Source: Candidatus Bathyarchaeia archaeon
Lineage (GTDB): Archaea > Thermoproteota > Bathyarchaeia > Bathyarchaeales > Bathycorpusculaceae
Assembly (NCBI GenBank): GCA_038882975.1
Contig: JAVZNE010000003.1
Span: 51,985 to 115,984, forward strand
Direction of reading: 5' to 3'
DNA length: 64,000 nt
Under the pieces are notes generated by a model. It saw only the letters and a program-made list of their open reading frames with translations. It ran no database searches and was not told the origin of the DNA. A program made the position numbers and the translations under genes. Positions 46,239 to 56,934 of the stretch are shown piece after piece; position 1 is the first letter of the stretch, and every line of letters begins with the position of its first letter.

Positions 46239-49200
46239 TTGAAGGGGATTTATTATGGTTTGTGCGTAAACTGTAGGGGTTCCATTTCGGATGAGCGTCT
46301 CCTACAATTTGGGATTTGCGAAAAATGTCTTGAAAGCGTTGAGAATGTGAAGTCTTGGAGGCATGTGCTAAGAGTTTTGGAGGAAAATGGAAAATTATAT
46401 TTTGCTGGCGAAGTTTTCGATTTTCATAGGAAGTTCAGCGATTTTTCCATGTTTTTTAAGAGGGCTGTTGGCCGAAGGATGTGGTCTCTTCAGGAGACTT
46501 GGGCTAGGAGGATTCTTTTAAAGCGGAACTTTTCCATAGTTGCGCCCACTGGTGTCGGGAAAACTGTTTTGGGAATTGTTGCTGCTCTCTACTTTGCTTT
46601 TAATGGGAAGAAAAGCTACATAATAGTGCCGACAGCTCTCCTTGTGCAGCAAGTCGCGGAAAAAATGGATGCCTATTCAGAAAGGCTTGGAATAAAGCCC
46701 AAAAAGATATGTTATCATGCGGCTTTAGGCGATGAAGAGAGAAAAGCAGCTTTGGAAAAGGTGGCTAGTGGCGATTTCGAAATTCTTATAACAACTGAAA
46801 GGTTTTTGGTGAGCCACTTTGACGTTTTAAGGGACAAAAATTTCGACTTCGTGTTTGTGGATGATGTGGATTCCTTCCTGAAATCTCCGAAAAATGTGGA
46901 TAGGATTTTGACGATTTTGGGCTTTGACAACGCCACGATAGGGTTAGCTTTTCAGCTTATAGACTTGCGGAGGGAGGCAAACCGATTAAGAAGGATGGGT
47001 AAAACCCCGCTAGAAGTTCTGGAACAAATTGAGGCGATAAGGCGTAAGATTGAGGATTATAAAAGTCGAAACAATGTTGGCTTGCTGGTTGTTTCCGGGG
47101 CGACTGTGAAGGCAAAGAGAACAAAAAGGATAAAGCTCTTCGAAGAACTTTTAAAGTTCCAAATAGGCTTTAAACCAGAATTTTTAAGAAACATCAAAGA
47201 CTTTTACATTGAGGCAGGCGGCGAAATTGAAAGCCAAGTGCTATCATTGATTAAGAGTTTTGGCCTTGGATGTTTGGTTTTTGTCCCCTCCGTGTTTGGC
47301 AGAGATTATGCCCTTAAGCTAAGCGGGTTTTTGAATGCAAATGGCGTGAGGGCGAATGCCTACGTAAAGATGGACGAGGAGCTTTTAGAAAAGTTTGAGA
47401 AAGGCGAATTTGACGCCTTAATAGGGGTTGCAAACTTCAGAAGCCCCCTTGCGAGGGGGATAGACCTTCCAGATAGGGTTCGCTATGTAATCTTCGCAGG
47501 CGTGCCAAGGATGGAGATTAAGCTAAGCTGGGAGGAATATAACCCGTCCAAAATTCTTACGCTTCTTAAAAACATTAGGGAGTTTCTGGAAAGGGATCAG
47601 CAGGACAAGGCGAGCCAGATAATCAATGGTCTTCGCAGAATAGTCCCCATAGACAAGCAGACGCTGGAAAGGGTTAAAGCGTCCATAGAGGCTGACGCCC
47701 GGCTAAGCGGATATGAGGACTATGTTAAAAGGATAGTTTTGGAGGCAAGGGATTTTCTGAAAAGTGTTATCACGCCCAAAGTTATAGAGCAAATAATGCA
47801 AAGCAAGGAGGTTTCCATAAAAAAGAGGGATGGAGACTTCTATCTCATCGTTGCGGATCCTATAGCTTATGTTCAAGCTTCTGGAAGAGCCTCAAGGATG
47901 TTTGCTGGGGGCATAACACGGGGTGCGAGCTTCCTACTGGTGGATGACGAGAAGGCTTTCCACTCGATTAGGCGTAAACTGGAGTTCATGCTTGGAGAAA
48001 CCACATGGACAAAATTCACCGCCAAAACTGCTGAGAAATGGTTCAAGAAAGTGGATGAGGATAGAAGAATTATTCGGGAGATTAGAGAGGGCAAAATCGC
48101 AAAGAGAGCGAAGGATTTTATTAAGGCAGCCCTTCTAATCGTGGAGTCACCGACAAAAGCAAGAACCATATCAAGGTTTTTTGGAAAGCCCTACAAGAGG
48201 AGAGTTGGAAACGTAACGGTTTTTGAGGTCAGCACCGGAGAGTTTGTGCTTAATATTGTGGCGAGTATGGGGCACGTTTACGATTTGGTGGCTAACGAGG
48301 GGTTCCATGGCGTGAAAATTCAAAATGGGGATTTCATACCTATATACGATTTCATAAAGAAGTGCAGGAAATGTGGAGAACAGTTCACGGGCCTAGAGTT
48401 TTGTCCAAAATGTAGAAGCCAAGAGTTCTATTCCAAAAGCGAGCTTATAGATGCAATGAGGGAAATCGCCCTAGAAGTTAACAACATCTTCATAGCCACA
48501 GACCCGGATATTGAGGGCGAGAAAATAGCCTACGACATTTATTGCTCCCTTTACCCCATGAACCATAAGGTGGAAAGGTTAGAGTTTCACGAAATCACCA
48601 AGGGAGCTTTTCTCCAAGCAATAAAGAATAGAAGAGAAATTAATTTGAGGATGGTTGAAGCCCAACTGGTTAGGCGCATAGAAGACCGTTGGATAGGCTT
48701 TGAGCTCAGCCAGAAGCTTTGGCGCAAGTTCCAGAATTATAGGCTTTCAGCTGGAAGGGTTCAAACTCCAGTGCTGGGGTGGATAATAGAAAGAGCTAGC
48801 CAGTCAAGAAGGAAGAAGAAAGTTTTGTCGGCTGTGCTTTCAAACGGCTTAAGGGTTTCTATCGAGAACCCAAACATCCAAATCCCAGCGGAACAACTTG
48901 AAAAGCGTATTAGCCAACTAAAAGCCAGAATAATCGACTTAAAAACCGAAGAGAGAAGCGTGAACCCGCCGCCACCATACACTACTGATACGCTGCTTCG
49001 CGACGCGTCATTGAAGCTTGGTCTCTCAGCCACAAAAACAATGATGCTTGCCCAAGACTTGTTTGAGATGGGCTTATGCACATACCACAGAACAGACTCA
49101 ACAACCGTTTCAGCCACGGGGATAGGCATCGCGAAAAACTACATTCAGGAAAAATATCCATCGCTGTTTGTTCCACGAAGGTACTTCATGGAAGGCGCAC

Positions 49201-49847
49201 ATGAGTGTATTAGACCGACAAGGGCTTTAGATGTAGAACAGCTGAAAAACTTAATCTCTATGGGAATACTAAGGTTTCCAAAAAGACTTACGAGTGACCA
49301 CTTCCAGCTTTACGACTTGATATTCAAGCGTTTCATTGCAAGCCAGATGAGGGAAGTTAAACTCCTCTATCAGCAATTTAAGGTTTTAATAGATGGAAAC
49401 CAAGCCTTTGTCGAGAACCCCGTCAGCATCTTAAGCGAGGGCTTCAACACAGTACTGCCAATAAAAACCGTAAACGCTGTTCAAGAAGGCGAGTACACAT
49501 TAAAGTTTGCGAGACTGCTGTACTTGCCAGCGGCGAGACCATTCACTCAAGGCGAGGTAATCGCCCTAATGAAAGAGAGGGGTGTTGGGAGACCCAGCAC
49601 TTATGCCAAGACTGTTGCAACAATTTTGGAAAGGCGCTATGCCGTTGAGAAGAGGAATAGGCTCATCAGCACAACATTGGGCTTCAAAGTCTACAAATAC
49701 CTGAGCTTAATGTTTGGAGAATACACGTCTGAAGAGGCGACGCGGAGACTTGAATCAATAATGGATATGATAGAGCAAGGAAAGGCAGACTACAAGGAGA
49801 TTCTCAAAGAACTATATCAGGATATATTAAAGATTAGGCAGATTTAG
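46239..49847 (+). CDS. rgy: Reverse gyrase
   Basis: N-terminal Zn finger, APTGVGKT, DDVD, YVQASGRASR, VESPTKA Toprim, TYHRTDS. Confidence 0.98.
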   Translation: MKGIYYGLCVNCRGSISDERLLQFGICEKCLESVENVKSWRHVLRVLEENGKLYFAGEVFDFHRKFSDFSMFFKRAVGRRMWSLQETWARRILLKRNFSIVAPTGVGKTVLGIVAALYFAFNGKKSYIIVPTALLVQQVAEKMDAYSERLGIKPKKICYHAALGDEERKAALEKVASGDFEILITTERFLVSHFDVLRDKNFDFVFVDDVDSFLKSPKNVDRILTILGFDNATIGLAFQLIDLRREANRLRRMGKTPLEVLEQIEAIRRKIEDYKSRNNVGLLVVSGATVKAKRTKRIKLFEELLKFQIGFKPEFLRNIKDFYIEAGGEIESQVLSLIKSFGLGCLVFVPSVFGRDYALKLSGFLNANGVRANAYVKMDEELLEKFEKGEFDALIGVANFRSPLARGIDLPDRVRYVIFAGVPRMEIKLSWEEYNPSKILTLLKNIREFLERDQQDKASQIINGLRRIVPIDKQTLERVKASIEADARLSGYEDYVKRIVLEARDFLKSVITPKVIEQIMQSKEVSIKKRDGDFYLIVADPIAYVQASGRASRMFAGGITRGASFLLVDDEKAFHSIRRKLEFMLGETTWTKFTAKTAEKWFKKVDEDRRIIREIREGKIAKRAKDFIKAALLIVESPTKARTISRFFGKPYKRRVGNVTVFEVSTGEFVLNIVASMGHVYDLVANEGFHGVKIQNGDFIPIYDFIKKCRKCGEQFTGLEFCPKCRSQEFYSKSELIDAMREIALEVNNIFIATDPDIEGEKIAYDIYCSLYPMNHKVERLEFHEITKGAFLQAIKNRREINLRMVEAQLVRRIEDRWIGFELSQKLWRKFQNYRLSAGRVQTPVLGWIIERASQSRRKKKVLSAVLSNGLRVSIENPNIQIPAEQLEKRISQLKARIIDLKTEERSVNPPPPYTTDTLLRDASLKLGLSATKTMMLAQDLFEMGLCTYHRTDSTTVSATGIGIAKNYIQEKYPSLFVPRRYFMEGAHECIRPTRALDVEQLKNLISMGILRFPKRLTSDHFQLYDLIFKRFIASQMREVKLLYQQFKVLIDGNQAFVENPVSILSEGFNTVLPIKTVNAVQEGEYTLKFARLLYLPAARPFTQGEVIALMKERGVGRPSTYAKTVATILERRYAVEKRNRLISTTLGFKVYKYLSLMFGEYTSEEATRRLESIMDMIEQGKADYKEILKELYQDILKIRQI

Positions 49848-49875
49848 CTCTTGATAACCACTAAACAGAGGTAGG

Positions 49876-50451
49876 GTGACGAGTGTGCGTGAATTTATCT
49901 TGTATTCGCGGATGGGTCGAACCGATGGGAGGTGGAAAAACTTACATGATGCTGGACGCCTTGACATAGTTTACGAATGTGCTGTTGCAAGCCTTTTTCT
50001 ATCTCATGCCATACGCAAGGATACAGTCTTCCACGCTATACTGAATGGCCCGCCACAACCGCCACTGCATCTGAAGGTTGAGGGCTTAACGCTATATGAT
50101 GTTAGAACCGACGTCGGTACATGGACTCAGATACTAAAAAAGGTTTTGTCTGGGAAGCCGCACCCTGGTATAAGTCTTTCAAAGGTGAGTTTTGAGGCTT
50201 TGATAAGGGAGAAGGCGGAAAAGACCAAAATATATGTTCTCGAAGAAGGCGGAAAAGACGTTTTAGATGTTGATGTTGGGGAAAATCCCGTTTTTGTTCT
50301 AGGAGACCATGTGGGCTTGCCTAAGAAGGTTGAGGCTTTCGCCCTGCGCTATGGAGAGAAAGTATCCCTCGGAAAAAAGCCCTATTTGGCTGCCACCTGC
50401 ATAACCGTTCTAAATTATTTGCTGGATAGAAGGGAAATGTTCGGAAAATAA
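49876..50451 (+). CDS. trmY: tRNA pseudouridine(54)-N1-methyltransferase (SPOUT)
   Basis: AGRLDI, SLFLSHAIRKD, FVLGDHVG. Confidence 0.9.
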   Translation: MTSVREFILYSRMGRTDGRWKNLHDAGRLDIVYECAVASLFLSHAIRKDTVFHAILNGPPQPPLHLKVEGLTLYDVRTDVGTWTQILKKVLSGKPHPGISLSKVSFEALIREKAEKTKIYVLEEGGKDVLDVDVGENPVFVLGDHVGLPKKVEAFALRYGEKVSLGKKPYLAATCITVLNYLLDRREMFGK

Positions 50452-50538
50452 GCGCTAAATTTTTATCCTTGTGATTTCTGGTTTAAAATCTGTTAATTAA
50501 TAAAAGGCGTTTTAAACCTAAGTTTGGGGGCGACCTTT

Positions 50539-51915
50539 ATGGCGGCTATTAGGGAGCTGCCAACCACACCAGTTTCAAGATTTGAAAGGATAGGCGCCCA
50601 CACCCACATTAAGGGTTTAGGCTTAGATGAAAATCTAAAGGCCGTGAAAATAAAGGATGGAATGGTTGGACAGGAAAAAGCCAGAGAAGCTGCAGGCTTA
50701 GTTGTAAAGATGATTAAGGAGGGAAAACTCAGTGGAAAATGCATTATTTTGGCTGGTCCACCGGGAACTGGGAAAACTGCCATAGCAGTGGCTATTTCTA
50801 AGGAGCTTGGCGAAAACGTTCCATTCATACAGATGAGCGGAAGCGAAATCTACAGCACTGAGCGGAAGAAAACAGAAGTCCTCATAGAAGCCATAAGGAA
50901 ATGCATCGGCGTTGAAATCCATGAAATGCGTAAGGTCTACGAGGGCGAGGTCACAATGGTTGACATCCGAACAGCGCCACACCCCTATAACCCCTACCAG
51001 AAGATTCCGGAAAGTGTTAGGCTAACGTTGAAAACAAGGGAGGAGGAGAAAACCATCGAGGCTGGCGCCTCTATAGCCCAGCAAATAATTGCCGAAGGCA
51101 TATCTGAGGGGCATGTTATCCAGATAGATGCTGAGACTGGAAGGGTGGTTAACCTTGGACTATGCCTTGAAAGTCAAAAGGGAAAAACCTATGATGTTGA
51201 CACTAGAAGGAAGATTCCCCGTCCAAACGGCAAGGTTTTGAAGGAGAAAGAGTTTGTCTACATGCTTACGCTGGCGGATTTGGATGAATTAAATGCTAGA
51301 CAGCGTTCAGGCGGGTTGTTCTCGCTGTTTTTTGGCGGTTCCGAGTCGAAGGAGATTGATACTGAAGTGCGGATGGCTGTCGACCAGCAGGTGAAAGAGT
51401 GGGTTGACAGTGGCAAAGCCTTCATCCATCCGGGCGTGCTCTTCATAGATGACGCCCACCTATTAGACTTGGAAGCGTTTAGCTTCCTCGGAAGAGCCAT
51501 GGAAAGCGAACTTGTGCCGATAATAATTCTTGCCACAAACCGTGGAGTAGCAAGAATCCGTGGGACAGACATAAGAAGTCCGCTGGGCTTCCCAGTTGAC
51601 CTCATAGACCGCTCGGTCATAATTGCAACACAACCTTACGACTTAGAAAGCATTAAAGAGATCTTAAAGATTCGCGCGTCCGAGGAGAAGATTAAACTGG
51701 ATAAAGACGCGATTGAGAAGCTTGCGGAGGTTGGGGCAAAGAGTTCCATGAGGTATGCCGTTCAGCTATTAAGCTTGGCAGCTCAGAGCGCAAAGTCGTC
51801 TAACAGAGATAAAGTTACCGTTGAAGACGTGCAGCGGGTAGACGACTTATTCATGGACGTCGGTGAAGCCGCAGAATACCTAAAGAAGTATGAGGAGAAA
51901 CTGCTGGTGCACTAA
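50539..51915 (+). CDS. TIP49/RuvB-like AAA+ ATPase
   Basis: HTHIKGLGL, GPPGTGKT, PGVLFIDDAH, ILATNRG. Confidence 0.95.
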   Translation: MAAIRELPTTPVSRFERIGAHTHIKGLGLDENLKAVKIKDGMVGQEKAREAAGLVVKMIKEGKLSGKCIILAGPPGTGKTAIAVAISKELGENVPFIQMSGSEIYSTERKKTEVLIEAIRKCIGVEIHEMRKVYEGEVTMVDIRTAPHPYNPYQKIPESVRLTLKTREEEKTIEAGASIAQQIIAEGISEGHVIQIDAETGRVVNLGLCLESQKGKTYDVDTRRKIPRPNGKVLKEKEFVYMLTLADLDELNARQRSGGLFSLFFGGSESKEIDTEVRMAVDQQVKEWVDSGKAFIHPGVLFIDDAHLLDLEAFSFLGRAMESELVPIIILATNRGVARIRGTDIRSPLGFPVDLIDRSVIIATQPYDLESIKEILKIRASEEKIKLDKDAIEKLAEVGAKSSMRYAVQLLSLAAQSAKSSNRDKVTVEDVQRVDDLFMDVGEAAEYLKKYEEKLLVH

Positions 51916-52002
51916 ACCATTTTGCAAGCTGTAAAAACAATCCTTATTTTGGAATAGCAATCCTTTAAATTGTCTTGTACCTTTCTTTAAGCGGTGATTT
52001 CA

Positions 52003-52308
52003 ATGGCTGAAAAGAGACATAAGCGTGAAAACACAAGCCCTATTGAACTGAATTTGGCTGAAGATTTGGGCTTCATTTTGGAACCGGCAAAAATTGAGAT
52101 AGGTTCCGGGTACGCGGTGTCGCTAAGCTATGATGAGGATGGCAATCCTGTTGTTGACGTTAAGACGTATGGCAATGTGGACATGTCCAAAATCAGAAGG
52201 GACCTTGAACGCTTGTACCCTAACGCCCAAATTAGGCAGCTGAATCAAGAGCCAACGGTGACTGTTGTCAGGAAAAGCGGAGGTAAGCGAAAATCCAGAA
52301 GGAAGTAG
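52003..52308 (+). CDS. Hypothetical protein
   Basis: ORF with SD GGTGA and TTTAAA box. Confidence 0.7.
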   Translation: MAEKRHKRENTSPIELNLAEDLGFILEPAKIEIGSGYAVSLSYDEDGNPVVDVKTYGNVDMSKIRRDLERLYPNAQIRQLNQEPTVTVVRKSGGKRKSRRK

Positions 52309-52530
52309 TTTCTCGCCCAAAAATTTGACTTTGGAAATGAGATTGAAATAGAACCAATTTTTCCTTCATATAAATTTTCCTTCGAAAAATGGAGTTTTCA
52401 ACATGGCTTCTTAACTTTCAAAGACAACAAAATAATGGTTAGAGAAAATCTAGAAAGGTTTGAGGCGGACCGTTTAGCTTTTAAACTCCGCTTTGAAAAT
52501 GATGTAGCTTCAATAGAAAGTCAGAGCACT

Positions 52531-53790
52531 ATGTCGGAAAGAAATGGCGAATTTTCTAAGAACGAGAAAGAGCTTAAAATAGTCTACGTTCGTTCAGTAG
52601 CGAACGCCCTTGGAACCGGCATAATACACCCATTTGTCGGTCCCTACGCGGTTAAAGAATTGAACGCCTCATCTTCGGAAATGGGATGGTTCCAGTCGAT
52701 GAGCAACATATCAAATAATATTATGCAAGTTTTTTGGGGGAGGCTAAGCGACAGGCTTGGACGGCGTATTCCATTCATTGTTTTCGGCGGTTTGATCGTC
52801 GCCTTGCTTTGGCTTCCAATGTGGTTTGTGAAGACTGCAAGCCAGCTAATAATTTTAATTAGTTTGCAGGCGCTTCTTGGTTCGATGACTGTTCCAGCAT
52901 GGACCGCCTTAATAGGCGACTTAGTTCCATCCGCACGTTTAGGAAGAATTAACGCCACAATTAATTTGTGGGCTTCTGTAGGAAGTATTTTAGCAACAAT
53001 GGCTTCTGGAGCCATCATGACAGCTATTGGGGGTTTGGTCCGGGAGCAAATTGTAGTCCCAATAGCTGTGGCAACAGCATGTGGGCTATTATCGTCACTT
53101 GTCATGTTCTACGTAAAGATTGAAAAAATCAGTAAGAACAGAGGCAAGAAAGCGGGGAAAAGTTTCATGAAGGATTTATTTGACGTTGTAAAGGTTGCGG
53201 AGAAGTCTCCAGATTTCATTAGATATTGCACTTGCAGCGCAGTTTTCACTTTCTTCATGTCAATTGCTTGGCCGCTTTTCGCCATAACACAAGTTAAGGT
53301 CTTAAAGGCTTCTATGTTAGATATAGCGCTGCTCAGCGGCGTCCAGGGAATATTTACAATAATTTTTATTGGGTGGGCTGGAAGGCTCGCCGACTCTGTT
53401 GGCAGAAAACCACTGCTTATTTTCGTCAGATTCAGCTACGTTACTGTTCCATTGGCTTATGCTTTTTCCCCGAACATTTACGTTCTAACAGCCATAGGTG
53501 CCCTCTGGGGCGTTGTCGCAGCCTTTGAGCAGGCAAGCGTGACGACATATTTGCTTGATGTTTCTCCAGAAAAGCATCGGGGAAGTTTCACAGCCTTCTA
53601 TAATCTCCTGATAGGAACAGTAACATTCTTCGGCTCCCTTATAGGCGGCTACCTATCCAATTTAACAATTGGCATGTACGGATTGATTTTAGGCCTGCAA
53701 ATAATTTATGTTGTCTCTGCTTTGGGAAGATTTATCGGAGCCGCAACATATTTTAAGCTGAGGGAAACCTTCAAAAGCAGAAGACCGTAG
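52531..53790 (+). CDS. MFS transporter
   Basis: GRLSDRLGRR and GRLADSVGRK motif A; about 12 TM. Confidence 0.93.
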   Translation: MSERNGEFSKNEKELKIVYVRSVANALGTGIIHPFVGPYAVKELNASSSEMGWFQSMSNISNNIMQVFWGRLSDRLGRRIPFIVFGGLIVALLWLPMWFVKTASQLIILISLQALLGSMTVPAWTALIGDLVPSARLGRINATINLWASVGSILATMASGAIMTAIGGLVREQIVVPIAVATACGLLSSLVMFYVKIEKISKNRGKKAGKSFMKDLFDVVKVAEKSPDFIRYCTCSAVFTFFMSIAWPLFAITQVKVLKASMLDIALLSGVQGIFTIIFIGWAGRLADSVGRKPLLIFVRFSYVTVPLAYAFSPNIYVLTAIGALWGVVAAFEQASVTTYLLDVSPEKHRGSFTAFYNLLIGTVTFFGSLIGGYLSNLTIGMYGLILGLQIIYVVSALGRFIGAATYFKLRETFKSRRP

Positions 53791-53802
53791 AATTAAGGCT
53801 TG

Positions 53803-54855
53803 TCATCTTCCCAAATACTGCCCAATTATTGGAATTATGGTTCCACACGTTGGGCATTTCTTGTCTTCAGTAACAGCATATTTTAAGACATAGTATCCGT
53901 ATCGCTTGATAAGCGTCTCTCCGCAATTTGGGCAGTAGGTGTTCTCATATCGGTGCCCGGCAACATTTCCAATGTATGGGTATAATACTCCAGCCTTTCT
54001 AGCCATTTCATAAGCCCTCTCCAAAGTTTCAACTTTAGTTGGCGGATTGTAAAACTTATAGGCTGGAAAATACCTTGTAAAATGGAGTGGTGTTTCTGGT
54101 CCAACGTATTTTAAGTGTTTTTCAATAACCCAGCGTAAAATATTTTCACTATCGTTAACGCCGCTGACAACAAGGTTCACAATCTCAACGTGTAAACCCA
54201 AGCGTTTTGCTTCCGCTGCGTTTCTCCAAACTTTTTCCACGTCAGCGCCGCCACAATACCTTATGTAGGTTTCATGGTCGCCCTTAATATCTATTTTGAG
54301 TCCGTCCATGCCAGCATCTCGCAGGGACTTTAGGGCTTCAAGGGCCATATAGCCATTCGAGACGTAACAACAATATTTTATTCCCTTGCTTTTGCCAAGG
54401 CTAAAGGCTTGAATAGCCCATTCGGTTAATAATGTGGGCTCTTGAAAGCTTGCACATAAGCCTGCATCTCCATAGGCGAGGGCTAGCTCAACCATTTTTT
54501 CTGGAGGGTAGTAAACTGCTTTGGCTGGATTTGGGGCTGTCTTTGACAAATGATAATTTTGGCACCAGACGCAGTCAAAGTTACATGACCATGTTGAAAA
54601 GGTTAGGGCTGTTGAACCAGGCCAGTAGTGGAAGAAGGGCTTTATCTCTATTGGGCGACTTTCAACAGCGCTTACGTCGCCATAAACAAGCGTGTAAAGT
54701 TTGCCGCCAAAATTCCTTCTGGTTCTACAGAACCCAACACTACCTTCCGCGATTTCGCATCTTCTTTCGCAGAGACTACACCTAACCTTATTATCACTTA
54801 GCCTCTCGTAGAACAGCGCCTCTCTAGCAGTTGAATAAACAAGAAGTGTCTCCAT
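53803..54855 (-). CDS. AmmeMemoRadiSam-type radical SAM enzyme
   Basis: CSLCERRC, PIEIKPFFH, CNFDCVWCQN, ENTYCPNC. Confidence 0.9.
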   Translation of the reverse strand: METLLVYSTAREALFYERLSDNKVRCSLCERRCEIAEGSVGFCRTRRNFGGKLYTLVYGDVSAVESRPIEIKPFFHYWPGSTALTFSTWSCNFDCVWCQNYHLSKTAPNPAKAVYYPPEKMVELALAYGDAGLCASFQEPTLLTEWAIQAFSLGKSKGIKYCCYVSNGYMALEALKSLRDAGMDGLKIDIKGDHETYIRYCGGADVEKVWRNAAEAKRLGLHVEIVNLVVSGVNDSENILRWVIEKHLKYVGPETPLHFTRYFPAYKFYNPPTKVETLERAYEMARKAGVLYPYIGNVAGHRYENTYCPNCGETLIKRYGYYVLKYAVTEDKKCPTCGTIIPIIGQYLGR

Positions 54856-54856
54856 T

Positions 54857-55849
54857 CTAATGCTTTCGGAAATGTTCCCAACCCCTAGGCTCAATAATTC
54901 GCCTTTCACCAGCAACTTCAAGAATTATTTCCCTTTCAGCGGTCCCCCTCCCTATTTTAATTAAATTTCCTCCAGCATTTTTAACGGCTTTTTCCGCCTT
55001 ATCCCAAAGGCTAGGCTTTATGGTCAAAACAAGTTCGTATTCCTCGCCTCCATAAAGGGCCAAATCCAACGGGTCTAAGCCATTTATTTCAGCAAATTTG
55101 ACGGCTTCTTGGGCTACTGGAACATTTTCTATAACAAAGCCCAAGCCGCTGGCCTTTGAAAGCTCATGGAGGCTCCAAGCTAAGCCGTCGCTTGAGTCAA
55201 TAGCAGCTGTAACAGCTTTGGCAGCGCTTAAGGTTAAGCCCTCTTTTAAACGGGCTTTGGGCATGTAGACAGCCTCCAGAAGGGAACCACTGATATCTTT
55301 TGAGGCTTTACAGTTCTCAAGAAGCATTTTCAATCCAGCAGACGTTTTCCCAAAAAAACCGGTAACAGCCACTATGTCCCCTGGTTTAGCTCCGCTGCGA
55401 AGCATTACATGGTCTTTTCTTGCTAAACCGAAAACTGAAAGGCTTATGATGAGATCTGAAGCCTCGTTTGTGTCGCCGCCGATGATGAAAGCTTCGTATT
55501 CGCGGGCTCCAGCGTTTAAGCCCTCTGCAATTTCCTCAAGCTCTTTTCGTGTGGTGTCTTTTGGCACTCCAAGAGAAACTAGCATGACGAGGGGCTTAAC
55601 GCCTTTCGCAGCGAAGTCGCTGATGTTCATGACAACAGCCTTGCGAGCTGCCTGCCAGAAGCTCATGCCTTTCGGCACATCTGTTTTTCCAACTAACATG
55701 TCAGTCTTCAAAATGAAAAGCAACTTTTCGTTTAATGGGTAGGCGGAAACATCATCGCCAAAAGGAATAGGCATTTGCGGCATCTTTTCTAATCGCTCCA
55801 AAATAAGCTCGATGGCCTTCCTCTCTCCCAAATCCTTTAGTATCCTCAA
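54857..55849 (-). CDS. thiL: Thiamine-monophosphate kinase
   Basis: GDD, NISDFAAKG, GGDT, DSSDGL, GGEEYEL, GWEHF. Confidence 0.95.
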   Translation of the reverse strand: MRILKDLGERKAIELILERLEKMPQMPIPFGDDVSAYPLNEKLLFILKTDMLVGKTDVPKGMSFWQAARKAVVMNISDFAAKGVKPLVMLVSLGVPKDTTRKELEEIAEGLNAGAREYEAFIIGGDTNEASDLIISLSVFGLARKDHVMLRSGAKPGDIVAVTGFFGKTSAGLKMLLENCKASKDISGSLLEAVYMPKARLKEGLTLSAAKAVTAAIDSSDGLAWSLHELSKASGLGFVIENVPVAQEAVKFAEINGLDPLDLALYGGEEYELVLTIKPSLWDKAEKAVKNAGGNLIKIGRGTAEREIILEVAGERRIIEPRGWEHFRKH

Positions 55850-55871
55850 AACTTACACCTTCCCAGCCCGG

Positions 55872-56654
55872 TCACTTAAGCAGCCCCTGCTCCCCCAAGA
55901 AGCGCATAAGCTTCTCGTTTACGTCTTTCACAAATTCCTCCCTATAATGATTTGAATAGGCAACTCCATAACCTTTTTCTCTGCAAACTTTTTCGACATC
56001 CTCTTTTGTCGGCTTTTTCCCAGCACGTTTTAAACTGTTTGAAACTGCTTTCTTCCAGTATTGTAATACTTCTTTTAGGCTTATGTCTCTGTAACTGTCT
56101 TCGCAGACAATAACCCTATAACTCCATTTCTCTCTCCGTTTCGGTTTCCTTTTCGGATGCCCAATGCATAGAATTGATAAAGCTAGACAATTTTCCGGCA
56201 GATTCAAGATTTCTTTAACTTTTTGGGGGTGTTCTATAATCGACCCGATTATGACGCTTCCTAGTCCTAGGGCTTCTGCAGCCACAACTATGTTCTCAAG
56301 GGAAAGGGCGGCGTCCAAGACTCCAAATGTGTAGGGCAGAATCCCAGTAAAGTCATAGTCTACCCCCGTCAGTTTTGCAGCCTTCAAATGCCTATGAAGA
56401 TCAAGGCAAACAACAATCCAGACGGGTGCGGCTTTCATAAACTCTTGATTCTCGCAAAGTGCATAAAGCTTCTCCTTAACCTCTTCATCCTTGACAACTA
56501 TGAAGGTTCTTGGCTGAATGTTTCCGGCTGATGGAGCCCTTATTCCAGCTATCAAAATTTTCCTTAAATCTTCTTCTGAAACACTTTTGCTACCATCAAA
56601 GCTTCTTACAGAAGCCCTTTCCAAGATAACGTTCAATAAGCCAGCCTCTGCCAT
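55872..56654 (-). CDS. Nitroreductase family protein
   Basis: RASVRSF, APSAGNIQP, AEALGLGS. Confidence 0.92.
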   Translation of the reverse strand: MAEAGLLNVILERASVRSFDGSKSVSEEDLRKILIAGIRAPSAGNIQPRTFIVVKDEEVKEKLYALCENQEFMKAAPVWIVVCLDLHRHLKAAKLTGVDYDFTGILPYTFGVLDAALSLENIVVAAEALGLGSVIIGSIIEHPQKVKEILNLPENCLALSILCIGHPKRKPKRREKWSYRVIVCEDSYRDISLKEVLQYWKKAVSNSLKRAGKKPTKEDVEKVCREKGYGVAYSNHYREEFVKDVNEKLMRFLGEQGLLK

Positions 56655-56768
56655 GTGCGTCCCCTATTTTTAAAGTTTTAATGTAACAACCTAAAATAAG
56701 CTTTGACAACCGAACTTTTCCGAACATCTTAAAAATAAGCTAATTCTCAAATATCAATGAGTCTTTAC

Positions 56769-56845
56769 GCCTCGGTGGCTCAGCCTGGTAGAGCAGCGGC
56801 CTCGTAAGCCGCAGGTCCCGGGATCGAAGCCCGGCCGAGGCTCCA
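56769..56845 (+). tRNA. tRNA-Thr(CGT), CCA encoded
   Basis: GCCTCGG/CCGAGGC; GCGGC-CTCGTAA-GCCGC; T loop ATCGAAG. Confidence 0.95.
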
Positions 56846-56934
56846 ACATTATAATTATGTAATCAATTCCTTTTACATGCAAGTATCGTTTTCTAATCTT
56901 TCATAAAAAACTTATATATATTTCAACAGTTTTA

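Noticed and set aside
50539-51915. Inactive TIP49 because Walker B reads DDAH
   Set aside because: As I recall, this variant occurs in other archaeal TIP49 proteins; not evidence of novelty without an alignment.
46101-56845. Second integrated element bounded by the two tRNA-Thr genes
   Set aside because: Both are complete isoacceptors sharing only acceptor-stem identity; the interval holds housekeeping genes and no integrase.
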